64,000 bases of DNA, taken from positions 6,983-70,982 of the forward strand of contig CAYWTR010000015.1 of the NCBI GenBank assembly GCA_964461255.1, read 5' to 3'. A program made the position numbers and the translations under genes. Below the pieces are notes generated by a model. That model ran no database searches and was not told the origin of the DNA. It was given only the letters and a program-made list of their open reading frames with translations. Every line of letters begins with the position of its first letter. Position 1 is the stretch's first letter. Shown piece after piece: positions 39,175 to 51,755 of the stretch. Source of the DNA: an uncultured Fibrobacteraceae bacterium (GTDB lineage Bacteria > Krumholzibacteriota > Krumholzibacteriia > LZORAL124-64-63).

Positions 39175-40665
39175 GTGAGCGCCGCCGCGCAGTCCATCAC
39201 GGCCCCCGAGGACCGCATCAAGCTGACCCACAAGCTCGCCTACGGGGCGGGAGCGTTCGTCAACAATCTGCTGGCCGCCGCCAGCGGCGGCATGATGATC
39301 GTCCTGAACCTCGGGCTGGGACTCAACCCGGCTACCGTGGGCCTGCTCGGCGCGCTGCCGCGTTTGACCGACGCGATCACCGACCCCCTCATGGGTTTCA
39401 TTTCCGACCAGACCCGCAGCAAGTGGGGACGACGGCGACCGTACATCTTCGGCGGCGCCATCGCCGCGGGGTTGATCTTCGCGCTGCTGTGGCAGCTCCC
39501 CCGCGGCCAGAGCGAGACCTTCTATTTCGTCTACTTCCTCGTCGGCTCGATTCTCTTCTATGCGGGCTACACGGTCTTCGCCACGCCGTGGGTGGCGCTG
39601 GGCTACGAGCTGACGCCCGACTACAACGAGCGCACGCGCTTGATGGGCGCCCAGAACTTCATCGGTCAGCTTGCCTATGTCGCCTCTCCCTGGTTCCTCT
39701 GGATCATGACCTACGAGGGGTTCTTCCCCGATCAGGTGGCGGGGGCGGCGGCACTGGCGATCGTCGTCGCGCTGGTGGCCGCCGGTCTGGGGATCGTGCC
39801 GGCGATCTTCCTGCGCGAACGCATGCAAAACATCGCCGCGGCCGGAGTGGCGGCCGCCAAGCAGCGCGCGACGACGAGGGACAGTGGTGGCCTTGCCCGC
39901 AACATCAAGGCATTCAGCCGGGGCTTCGGCGTCACGCTCTCCTCCGGCCCCTTCCTCAAGCTCTGTCTGGCGACTTTCCTCGTTTTCAATGGCTTCATGC
40001 TCATATCATCGTTCCAGTACTATGTGATCATCTACTACGTGTGCGGCGGCGTGCAGGTCACCGGCGCCAAGTACGCTGGATACGCGGGGACGGTGGGAGG
40101 CCTCAGCACCTTCGCCGTCGTCGCGTTCGTCGCCTGGCTCGCCACGCGGATCGGCAAGCGTCGCGCCTTCTTCTTCTCCACCGGGGTGTCCATCGTCGGC
40201 TACGCGCTCAAGTGGATCTGCTACAACCCGTCCTACCCGTTGCTGTCCGTCCTGCCGGCGCCTCTGCTGGCTTTCAGCCTGGGCGGTCTGTTCACGCTCA
40301 TGCCGTCAATGGTCGCCGACGTCGTGGACACGGACGAACTCAAGACCCACCAGCGCCGCGAGGGGATGTTCGGGTCGATCTTCTGGTTCATGGTGAAGCT
40401 CGGTATGTCCGCCGCCCTGGCCGGCGGCGGCTATCTGCTCAACGCGACCGGCTTCGACGTGGCGCTGGGAGGGGAGCAGTCCGGCCGGACGATCATGCTG
40501 ATGCGGCTCTGCGACGCGGGCATTCCCATCCTGACCTCGATCATCGCCATCTGGGCGGTGGCGACCTTCCCCATCACCGAAAAGAGAGCCAATGAGGTCC
40601 GCAGGGAGCTGGAGCGCCGCCGGGGCAGGCCAGAGGCCGCGCTGGCATCACCAGCCGAGCCCTAG
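39175..40665 (+). CDS. MFS transporter, glycoside-pentoside-hexuronide (GPH):cation symporter family
   Basis: GPH signature DQTRSKWGRRRPYIFGG and 12 predicted TM segments. Start is uncertain: GTG at 39175 was chosen, while the ORF opens at 39037 inside the regulatory palindromes. Confidence 0.7.
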   Translation: MSAAAQSITAPEDRIKLTHKLAYGAGAFVNNLLAAASGGMMIVLNLGLGLNPATVGLLGALPRLTDAITDPLMGFISDQTRSKWGRRRPYIFGGAIAAGLIFALLWQLPRGQSETFYFVYFLVGSILFYAGYTVFATPWVALGYELTPDYNERTRLMGAQNFIGQLAYVASPWFLWIMTYEGFFPDQVAGAAALAIVVALVAAGLGIVPAIFLRERMQNIAAAGVAAAKQRATTRDSGGLARNIKAFSRGFGVTLSSGPFLKLCLATFLVFNGFMLISSFQYYVIIYYVCGGVQVTGAKYAGYAGTVGGLSTFAVVAFVAWLATRIGKRRAFFFSTGVSIVGYALKWICYNPSYPLLSVLPAPLLAFSLGGLFTLMPSMVADVVDTDELKTHQRREGMFGSIFWFMVKLGMSAALAGGGYLLNATGFDVALGGEQSGRTIMLMRLCDAGIPILTSIIAIWAVATFPITEKRANEVRRELERRRGRPEAALASPAEP

Positions 40666-40699
40666 AGCGGTCGGGACCCAGCGCCGCAGCGTCCCGGCG

Positions 40700-41746
40700 A
40701 TGCCGCGCCTCCGGCGCGTCGCGCCGGCGGCCGCCCTGCTCGCCCTCACCTGCCTGGCGGCGGGCTGCGCGGGCGGGCGAGACAGCCCCTCTTCCTCCCC
40801 GGAGGCCGCCATGGTCATCCGCCCTTTCCACGCCGGCAGCGCGGAACGCTGGCTCGGCAACGCCATCTGTTACGGCCCCCACCGCGACGGCCAGCACCCG
40901 GGCGGCCCCGCCCCCTCCGCCGCGCAGGTGCGCGAGGATCTGCGCTTGATGTCGCCCCGCTGGAGCCTGCTGCGCCTCTACGGATCGGCCGAGGTCGCCC
41001 CGACCGTCCTGTCGGTGATCCGTGCGGACAGCCTGGACATGAAGGTGATGCTCGGGGCGTGGATCGCCGTCGAGGAGGAACGCGACGATCGCGGCGCCGT
41101 CGTGGCGAGACATCCCGAAGAGGCCACCGCCAATCGGCGGGAGGTCGACGCCGCGATTCTTCTGGCGAACGACTATGCCGACATCGTGGTCGCCGTCTGC
41201 GTGGGCAACGAAACCCAGGTCTCCTGGTCGCCCCATCGCAGCCCGCTCGCTGTCCTGATCGGGCATCTGCGGCGCGTGCGGGCGGGCGTGTCGGTGCCGG
41301 TCACATCGGCCGACGACTTCCAGTACTGGCTCCTACCCGAAAGCCGAGCGCTGGCCCGCGAGGTCGACTTCATCACGCTCCACGCCCATCCCATGTGGAA
41401 CGGCCGGCAACTGGCGGAGGCACTGCCCTGGCTGCAGGACCAGGTCGCCGCCGTGCAGGCCGTCCACCCCGGGGCGACCATGGTGCTCGGCGAAACGGGC
41501 TGGGCGACCTCCGTCTCCGCGGCGGGCGAGCAGGCGGCGCTGATCAAGGGACGCCCGGGAGAGGCGGAGCAGGAGATCTACTATCGCGCCGTCGTCTCCT
41601 GGATCGAGGCGGTGCGGCTGACCTGCTTCTTCTTCGAAGCCTTCGACGAGAACTGGAAGGGCGGCCCGGATCCGGCGGAGGTCGAGAAGCACTGGGGCCT
41701 GTTTCGCGCCGATCGCTCGCCGAAGCTCGCTCTGTTGCCGCGTTAG
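40700..41746 (+). CDS. Glycoside hydrolase family 17-like beta-1,3-glucanase/transglycosylase, lipoprotein
   Basis: Lipobox LTCLAAGCAG. Catalytic motifs VGNE (proton donor) and GETGWAT (nucleophile), characteristic of GH17. Confidence 0.65.
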   Translation: MPRLRRVAPAAALLALTCLAAGCAGGRDSPSSSPEAAMVIRPFHAGSAERWLGNAICYGPHRDGQHPGGPAPSAAQVREDLRLMSPRWSLLRLYGSAEVAPTVLSVIRADSLDMKVMLGAWIAVEEERDDRGAVVARHPEEATANRREVDAAILLANDYADIVVAVCVGNETQVSWSPHRSPLAVLIGHLRRVRAGVSVPVTSADDFQYWLLPESRALAREVDFITLHAHPMWNGRQLAEALPWLQDQVAAVQAVHPGATMVLGETGWATSVSAAGEQAALIKGRPGEAEQEIYYRAVVSWIEAVRLTCFFFEAFDENWKGGPDPAEVEKHWGLFRADRSPKLALLPR

Positions 41747-41781
41747 CCGCGCGGGAGGTGGAGCGACCTTCCCCCCGCGCC

Positions 41782-44487
41782 CTACCCCGGCATCGCCCTC
41801 TCGCACCGCACGAGCCCGCCGCCGGGGTCGATGTCGATCATGAACCCGCGCCGCCGGAAGACCGCGATCATGCGCTCGTTGTCGGTCGTGGTCTCGGCCA
41901 CGACCCGGCGCAATCCCCACCCAGCGGCGATCTCCAGGCAGGCGTCGGTGAGCGCGCCGCCCAGGCCGCGGCCCTGCCAGGCGTCGGTGACCAGCACCGC
42001 GTACTCGACCGTCTCGTGCCCCGGGTCGGCGACCAGGCGCCCGACGCCTACCAGCCGCGGGCCGTCAGGCAGGGGCGACTCCGCCACCATCGCCAGCTCG
42101 CGGTCGTAGTCGATGAAGCAGTAGCGCGACGCCACCGAGTGCTCGTTCCAGACGAAGAAATGGCGGAAGCGCGAGTAGAGGGTCTCGCGCGAGCAGCTGC
42201 CCAGCATCTCCAGCCACAACGGCTCGTCCTCGGGGCGGATGGGGCGCAGCCGCAGCAGCGCACCGTCGGGCAACACCGCCTCGCGCGCCAATTCCTCGGG
42301 GTACGGCCGCAGCGCCAGGTGCGGGTAGGGGGGCGCGGGCGGACCGCCGTGAGCGGGCGGCAGCAGCTGGCGATCCACCGCCACGCGGGCGTCGAGCGCC
42401 AGCACGCCGGACGGGGTCGCCAGCAGCGGATTGATGTCCAGCTCGCGAATCGCGGGCAGGTCGGCCACAAGGTAGGACAAACGCATCAGGGCCTCGAGCA
42501 GGCGGTCCAGGTCGACCGGCGGGCGACCCCGATGGCCGCGCAGCAGCGGCCAGGAACGCAGCGATTCCAGCATCCGTCGCGCCAGCCGTTCGTTCAGCGG
42601 GGGCAGGCCGAGCGCTCGATCGCGCAGCACCTCGGCGGCCGTGCCGCCCAGACCCGCCATGATGATCGCGCCGAAGGTGGGATCGCGCTTGGCGCCCAGG
42701 ATCAGCTCGACGCCGTCGCGCGTGTCGGCCTGCGCCTGCACCGTCACGCCCAGCAGCCGGGCCTGCGGCCGCAGGCGCGCCGCCTCGGCGGTCAGGCGCG
42801 CGAAGGCGCCGTGCACCGACGCGGCGTCGCGCAGGTCGAGCGCCACGCCGCCCACGTCGCTCTTGTGGGAGATGTCGGGCGAGTGGATCTTCAGCACCAC
42901 CGGATACCCGATCGCCGCCGCCGCATCCGCCGCCGCGTCGGCCGTGGGGGCCGCGACCGGCCTTGCGACCGGGATGCCGTAGGCAGCCAGCAGCTCCTTG
43001 GCCGCCGCCTCGTCCAGCATGTCGCCGGCGGCCGGCAGCACGGCCGCGAAACGGCGCCGCAGCTCGGCGCGGTCGGCGGTGAACGCGACCGGGATGTCGC
43101 GGGGGGTCTCGTACAGGATCTCCAGGTTGCGGCCATAGTCCACCAGGGTCATGAAGGCCCTGACGGCCTGCTCGGGGGTGCCGTAGACCGCGACGCCCGC
43201 CTCGGCCAGCAGGCGCGCCCCCTCGCGCACGCTGGCCCCGCCCACCCAGGCCGCCAGCACCGGTTTGCGCGACGACGACGCCAGCTCGCCGATCGCCTTG
43301 GCCGTGCCGGTGGGGTTGGTCATCGCCTGGGGCGTCAGGATCACCAGCGCCGCGTCCACGGCCGGATCGGCCAGCACGATCTCGGCGGCCCGGGCGAAGC
43401 GTTTCGCGCGGGCGTCGCCCAGCACATCGACCGGGTTGCCGCGCGACCACATCGGGGGCAGCTGCTCGTCCAGACGCGCCACAGTCGCCGGCGCCAGCTC
43501 GGCCAGCTCGCCGCCGCAGGCGATCAGCGCGTCGACCGCCATCACGCCGGGCCCGCCGGCGTTGGTGACGATGCCCAGCCGGCGGCCGGCGGGCAGGCGG
43601 TGGCGGCCGACCAGCTCGGCCACGTCGAAGATCTCACCGATCTCGTGGACGCGCACGATGCCGGCGCGCGAGAAGGCCGCGTCGTGCACGGCGTCCTCGG
43701 CCGCCAGCGCTCCCGTGTGCGAGGCGGCTGCCCGCGCCGACTCCGCGAAGCGCCCCGCCTTGTAGGCGACGATCGGCTTGCGGCGGGCGAAGGCGCGCGT
43801 GGCGGTCATGAACTTGCGCGCGTCGCCGATCGATTCGACGTACATCAGGATCGACTCGGTCCGCTCGTCCTCGCCGAAGTAGTCGACCAGATCGCCGAAA
43901 TCGACGTCGAGCATGTTGCCGACCGACACGAAGTACGAGAAGCCGATGTTGCGGGCCAGCGCCCAATCGAGCACCGAGCTGCAGAGCGCGCCCGACTGCG
44001 AGATGAACGCCACGCCGCCCGGTCTGGGCATGCCGGCCGCGAAGCTGGCGTTCAGGCCGCGTCCGGGGGCGATCACCCCCAGGCAATTGGGGCCGAGGAT
44101 CCGCATGCCGTCGAAGCGCCGTTGCTCCTGGCGCAGGCGCGCCTCGAGGGCGCGCCCCTCGTCGCCGGCCTCGCCGAAGCCGGCCGAGATGATGACCAGA
44201 CCCAGGATCCCCGCCTCGCCGCAGCCGCGCACCCACTCCGGGCCCTGCGCCGCCGGCGCGCAGATCACCGCCAGGTCGGGCGTGCGCGGGAGCTCGCGCA
44301 GATCGCCATAGCAGGGGATCCCCATCACCGCCTCGAAGTCGCGGTTGACGGGATAGACGACGCCGGCGAAGCCTCCCCCCACCAGATTGCGCAGCACGGT
44401 GCCGCCGACGCTGTTGGGATTGGCGCTCACCCCGCACAGGGCTATGCGCTGCGGCTTGAAGATGCGGTCGAGGCTGAGGATGGCCAT
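41782..44487 (-). CDS. Pat-like bifunctional protein: NDP-forming acyl-CoA synthetase domains fused to C-terminal GNAT acetyltransferase
   Basis: CoA-binding/succinyl-CoA-synthetase-like and ATP-grasp segments, plus a C-terminal GNAT (VLVTDAWQGRGLGGAL). The architecture matches protein lysine acetyltransferase Pat and ADP-forming acetyl-CoA synthetase. Confidence 0.7.
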   Translation of the reverse strand: MAILSLDRIFKPQRIALCGVSANPNSVGGTVLRNLVGGGFAGVVYPVNRDFEAVMGIPCYGDLRELPRTPDLAVICAPAAQGPEWVRGCGEAGILGLVIISAGFGEAGDEGRALEARLRQEQRRFDGMRILGPNCLGVIAPGRGLNASFAAGMPRPGGVAFISQSGALCSSVLDWALARNIGFSYFVSVGNMLDVDFGDLVDYFGEDERTESILMYVESIGDARKFMTATRAFARRKPIVAYKAGRFAESARAAASHTGALAAEDAVHDAAFSRAGIVRVHEIGEIFDVAELVGRHRLPAGRRLGIVTNAGGPGVMAVDALIACGGELAELAPATVARLDEQLPPMWSRGNPVDVLGDARAKRFARAAEIVLADPAVDAALVILTPQAMTNPTGTAKAIGELASSSRKPVLAAWVGGASVREGARLLAEAGVAVYGTPEQAVRAFMTLVDYGRNLEILYETPRDIPVAFTADRAELRRRFAAVLPAAGDMLDEAAAKELLAAYGIPVARPVAAPTADAAADAAAAIGYPVVLKIHSPDISHKSDVGGVALDLRDAASVHGAFARLTAEAARLRPQARLLGVTVQAQADTRDGVELILGAKRDPTFGAIIMAGLGGTAAEVLRDRALGLPPLNERLARRMLESLRSWPLLRGHRGRPPVDLDRLLEALMRLSYLVADLPAIRELDINPLLATPSGVLALDARVAVDRQLLPPAHGGPPAPPYPHLALRPYPEELAREAVLPDGALLRLRPIRPEDEPLWLEMLGSCSRETLYSRFRHFFVWNEHSVASRYCFIDYDRELAMVAESPLPDGPRLVGVGRLVADPGHETVEYAVLVTDAWQGRGLGGALTDACLEIAAGWGLRRVVAETTTDNERMIAVFRRRGFMIDIDPGGGLVRCERAMPG

Positions 44488-44670
44488 CGGCGGCTCCGGC
44501 TCCGGGACAGGAAGAGGCGGCGTGGCTCGCCAAAGATGCACGCCCCGCCGCCTTCGCGCCAACCCGGCGGATCCGCGGCCGGCCGGCGCTTGACGCGGAC
44601 CGGGGTTGAGCCGATAAAGAACCGAAGGGCGCCGCGCGCGTCGGCCCCGCTCGTTACGGAAAGGAGTATC

Positions 44671-45834
44671 GTGAAGTGCCTCGGTTGTTGGCCCGGCGTC
44701 CTGCGAAACGCCGCGCCGCGCCCGCGCCGCGCCATGACCCGGGCCGCGCCGGCGTTCCTGATTCTGGTCCTGGCGTCAGGCGCGACCGCCGCCCGGCTCG
44801 GCGACGCCGGCATCGACCCGGGCTCGCTGGAGCGCTTCGCCCGGCTGGCGCTCGATTGCGTGGAACGCGAGTACCCCAGCAAGATCGCCCACGTCATGCA
44901 GAGCGACGCCGACGTGGCGCCGCCGCGCGAGCTCACGCCCGTCTTCTACGGTTGCTTCGACTGGCATTCCGCCGTGCACGGCCACTGGCTGCTGGCCCGC
45001 CTGGCGCGGCTGCATCCCGGCGCGCCGCTGGCGGCTGAGGCGCGCGCCGCGTTGGCACGCAGCCTCGCGCCCGACCGCATCGCGCGCGAACTCGCTTATC
45101 TGCGGGGCGAGGGACGGACCACGTTCGAGAGGCCCTACGGGCTGGCCTGGCTGCTGCAGCTGGCCGCCGAGCTGCGCGAATGGGATGACCCGCAGGCGCG
45201 GCGCTGGGCCGGCGCCCTGGCGCCGTTGGAGCGCGAGGCCGCGGCGCGCTTCGCATCGTGGCTGCCGCGGCTGCGCTACCCGATCCGCGGCGGCGAGCAC
45301 GATCAGACCGCGTTCGCGCTGGGACTGGTTCTGGACTGGGCGCGCACGGCGGGGGACGACACGCTGGCGGCGCTGGTCGCGCGCAAGGCGCTGGCCTTCC
45401 ACGCCGGCGACCGCGGCGCGAATCTGGCCTTCGAACCCTCAGGCCAGGATTTCCTTTCCCCCATCCTGGGCGAAGCCGACCTGATGCGGCGGGTGCTGCC
45501 GCCCGGCGAGTTCGCGGTCTGGCTGCGCGCGTTCCTGCCCGCCCTGCCGGAAGGGGAGGACGCCTCGTGGCTGCCAGTCGCCGAGGTGACCGACCGCGCC
45601 GACGGCAAACTGGCGCATCTGGACGGCCTGAACCTGAGCCGGGCCTGGATGCTCGACGGCATCGCGGCCGGCCTGCCGCCAGGCGACGCGCGCCTGCCCG
45701 CGCTGCGCGCCGCCGCCGCCGCCCACCGCCGGGCCGGTCTGCAAGCCGTGACCGGCGAGCACTATGAAGGGGGACACTGGCTGGGCAGCTTCGCCGTCTA
45801 CCTGACGACCGGCCGCGGGCTGCCCTCGCCATAA
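44671..45834 (+). CDS. DUF2891-like protein (conserved GCFDWHSAVHGHW motif), probably secreted
   Basis: GTG start 4 nt after GGAAAGGAG, in frame with MTRAAPAF. Hydrophobic N-terminus. This is the only credible part of a 1591-aa antisense ORF. Confidence 0.45.
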   Translation: MKCLGCWPGVLRNAAPRPRRAMTRAAPAFLILVLASGATAARLGDAGIDPGSLERFARLALDCVEREYPSKIAHVMQSDADVAPPRELTPVFYGCFDWHSAVHGHWLLARLARLHPGAPLAAEARAALARSLAPDRIARELAYLRGEGRTTFERPYGLAWLLQLAAELREWDDPQARRWAGALAPLEREAAARFASWLPRLRYPIRGGEHDQTAFALGLVLDWARTAGDDTLAALVARKALAFHAGDRGANLAFEPSGQDFLSPILGEADLMRRVLPPGEFAVWLRAFLPALPEGEDASWLPVAEVTDRADGKLAHLDGLNLSRAWMLDGIAAGLPPGDARLPALRAAAAAHRRAGLQAVTGEHYEGGHWLGSFAVYLTTGRGLPSP

Positions 45835-45863
45835 GGACCGGAGCCGGAACGCGGGCGCGCCCC

Positions 45864-49054
<3,191 letters not shown>

Positions 49055-49058
<4 letters not shown>

Positions 49059-50209
49059 CGCGAGTCGCCGCCCGCCGGCTCGCCGCCTGCCGCCGTCCCT
49101 TCCGGCGGCCCGCCGCCGGCAGGCCCGCCGTCGGTGACGCGCACGAGCGCGCCCGGCCGCAGGTTCAGGTGGCCGGACCTGACCACCCGCGCGCCCGCGT
49201 CGAGGCCGCCGGTGATCTCTATCCAACCCTCGGCCGTCATGCCGGTCGCTACGGCTCGCCGGCTGACGGTATCGGCGTCGACCACGTAGACGAACGGGCC
49301 GGCGTCGCCGACGCCGACGGCCGACACCGGGACGGCCAGAGCGCCGCGGCGGCTGTCCAGCGTGAATTCGACGCGAGCCAGGAAACCGGGGCGCGGCTCG
49401 ACGCCCGCCGGCGCGGGATCCAGAGCCACCTCCACCGGCACCAGGCGGCTGGTGGGGTCGGCGCTGGGGAAGATCCGCCGTATCCGCCCCGTCAGCCTGG
49501 CGTCGGGATAGGCGTCGAGCCGGACGCCCACCTGCCGCCCGGACCCGAGCTGCACCACGTCGAGCTCCGAAACCTGCACGCGCACGACCAGCAGGGCGTC
49601 CTCGGCGATCTCGAACAGGGGAGCGTTGACCGCGACCGCCGCGCCCCGCTCGGCCCGTTTGGCCGTGACCACCCCCGACGCGGGGGCCGTGATGCGGCTG
49701 AACGCCACGCGCGTGCGCCACAGCTCCGCGTCGGCCCGGGCGATCCCGAAGGCGCTGCGCAGCAGATCGAGCTCAGATTCCGAAACCAGATCCTCGGCTT
49801 GCAGCCGCTCGGCGCGCTGGAACGCGGCCGCAGCGTTGGCGAGCGCCGCCTCGGCGCGCGCCAGCTGGGCCAGGGCCTCGCGCGCGTCCAGCTCGGCCAG
49901 GAGCTGGCCGGCGCGCACCCTGCTGCCCTCCTCGACCAGCACGCTCTCCAGCGTGCCCGCCAGCTGGGCGCTGACCGGCACGGCGCGGATCGGCTCGAGC
50001 GGGCCGGTCACCGTCACCGTCCGGACCAGATCGCGCGGCCGCGCCGCCACGGCGGCGACGGGGACCGCCTGACCCGCGCGGCCGCGCGAGCCTGCGCCTG
50101 CGCCGGCGCCGGCCGCCGCGCCGCCGTCCCGCGAGCAGCCGGCGGCAAGAGCGATCGCCAGCAGCCATCCTGTCCAACCAGCGTGCGCCAGCGCGCGCCT
50201 CATCCGCAT
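49055..50209 (-). CDS. RND efflux membrane fusion protein (periplasmic adaptor), lipoprotein
   Basis: Lipobox LAIALAAGCS. Coiled-coil hairpin and beta-barrel segments typical of the HlyD/AcrA family. Confidence 0.75.
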
Positions 50210-50353
50210 CGATCTTCTCCCGCTCGCGGCCGCGGGCCCCTCCCGGCAGCATGATCTGTATGATAGCGCCGCGGCGCCCGAAGGCGAAAAGCAAAACAGA
50301 GAAAAGGCCGCCTCCCCTCAGGGGAGGCGGCCGGGAGAGTGGTCAAGCCACGG

Positions 50354-51352
50354 TTAGCGGTACATGGACTTGGTGCTGCCCCAGCTGTTGACCTCGGTCG
50401 GCACCGGCGCGTTGACGATCATGTGGTAGGTGCCGCAGACGTCAAGGCCGTAGGCGTCGACGATCAGGTACAGCGTGACCGGCCCCTCGCCCTCGTTGGT
50501 CCAGGAGACGGTCTCGGTGGCACCGCCGCAGCAATTATCCGAGCCGTCCACGCAGGTGCCCGGAATGTCCGCGCAGTCGGTCACCAGGTAGAGCGACATG
50601 TCGACCGTGCCGCTCTGCGAGGCGGAGAAGGTCTCGCCCGGCCCGATCGTGATCTTGTAGACCACGTCCTTGCCCGCCGCCGGGTAGCCGGTGCAGCTCG
50701 GCGTGCCCGGCGTGTAGGTGTTGTTGGCTTCGCAGGTGTTGACATCCCACTCGACCAGCCCTTGCTCCTGCAGATCGATGGCGCCGTCGCAGGTGTCGTT
50801 GACCGGCGGCGGCGGGGGCGGTTCGCCCTCGGTGATCGTCAGGTTGAAGGACGGGATGCACGTGGGCGAGGGCCAGGTGTCCACCATGATGTAGTAGCTG
50901 CCCGGCTCGAGCGTCAGGCCCAGGATCTCGCGCGGCAGTCCGGACGATCCGGTGCGGATGGCGATGCAGCTCGCATCCAGCGGACACGCATCGTCGATGG
51001 CGATGCCGGTCCACGTCGTGCCCAGCGGGTCCATGACGATGTCGACGATCGTCGTCGTGGTGATGTCCAGCCGGTAGATGATGTCCTCGCCGCCGTCATA
51101 GTAGCCGAGGCAGGTGTCGAAGTAGTTGTTGCCCCGCCCGCAGGTCGTCTGGCCCAGGTCGCTGAACGGCAGGCTGCTGATGACGATCGGGCTCGTGCAG
51201 TCGTCCCCTTCCGCCCGCGAGCCTTCGGCGGCCGGCGGCACGATGACCGTCGGGCCATGCTTGGCATCAGGCTTTTCGGCGTAGGCGGCCGCGGCCAGCC
51301 CCAGGACGAGCAGCGGAAGCAGCGGGGTGACGAGCATTCTGGCTGTCTTCAT
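50354..51352 (-). CDS. Secreted tandem PPC-like (pre-peptidase C-terminal-type) domain protein ending in SWGSTKSMYR
   Basis: Signal peptide MKTARMLVTPLLPLLVLGLAAAAYA. Two repeats with the DxxYxxxI ... GxYYIxVD pattern. Confidence 0.5.
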   Translation of the reverse strand: MKTARMLVTPLLPLLVLGLAAAAYAEKPDAKHGPTVIVPPAAEGSRAEGDDCTSPIVISSLPFSDLGQTTCGRGNNYFDTCLGYYDGGEDIIYRLDITTTTIVDIVMDPLGTTWTGIAIDDACPLDASCIAIRTGSSGLPREILGLTLEPGSYYIMVDTWPSPTCIPSFNLTITEGEPPPPPPVNDTCDGAIDLQEQGLVEWDVNTCEANNTYTPGTPSCTGYPAAGKDVVYKITIGPGETFSASQSGTVDMSLYLVTDCADIPGTCVDGSDNCCGGATETVSWTNEGEGPVTLYLIVDAYGLDVCGTYHMIVNAPVPTEVNSWGSTKSMYR

Positions 51353-51690
51353 GGTGCGTTCCCTTCTCTGCGGTGATGGTGCGATGCTGCCCTGCGAATC
51401 GCCCGCCAGGCGATCCCGGCAAGCCAGCGCGGTAGCGATGCTCACTATGGCTGGGTCCGACCTCCTTACTCCACGCATTGTCATCGTGGAGACAAGAACA
51501 ACGAAGGCGCGCAACGACGGCCGCGGCCGCGCTGTCGCACGTATCCAGGCGGGGAACTCAATCATAGCACATGCCGCTGCGAGATTCGCCCCCAAAGCGC
51601 ACGGCCGGTCCGATATCCCATGGACCCGCTAGGGGCGTTGCCGCGACCGGCCGTCCCCTTCCTCTTCCGGCAGCCGGTGGCCGCGGCAAG

Positions 51691-51728
51691 GCACGGCCCC
51701 CTCTGCGCCGTGGCAGAGGGGGCCGTTG
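51691..51728 (-). terminator. Strong GC hairpin (14-bp perfect stem ACGGCCCCCTCTGC/GCAGAGGGGGCCGT, 6-nt loop) just downstream of the 51756 gene end
   Basis: Inverted repeat read directly. There is no U-tract, which is common in high-GC genomes. Confidence 0.4.
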
Positions 51729-51755
51729 CGCTCGTCGAGCTGTCCGATTCCGCTC

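Noticed and set aside
41059-45834. 1591-aa ORF on the plus strand
   Set aside because: It runs antisense through the Pat-like gene. Its translation is Arg/Gly/Pro-rich low-complexity sequence typical of reverse-frame ORFs in 70% GC DNA. Only the last 388 codons (44671-45834, DUF2891-like) are credible.
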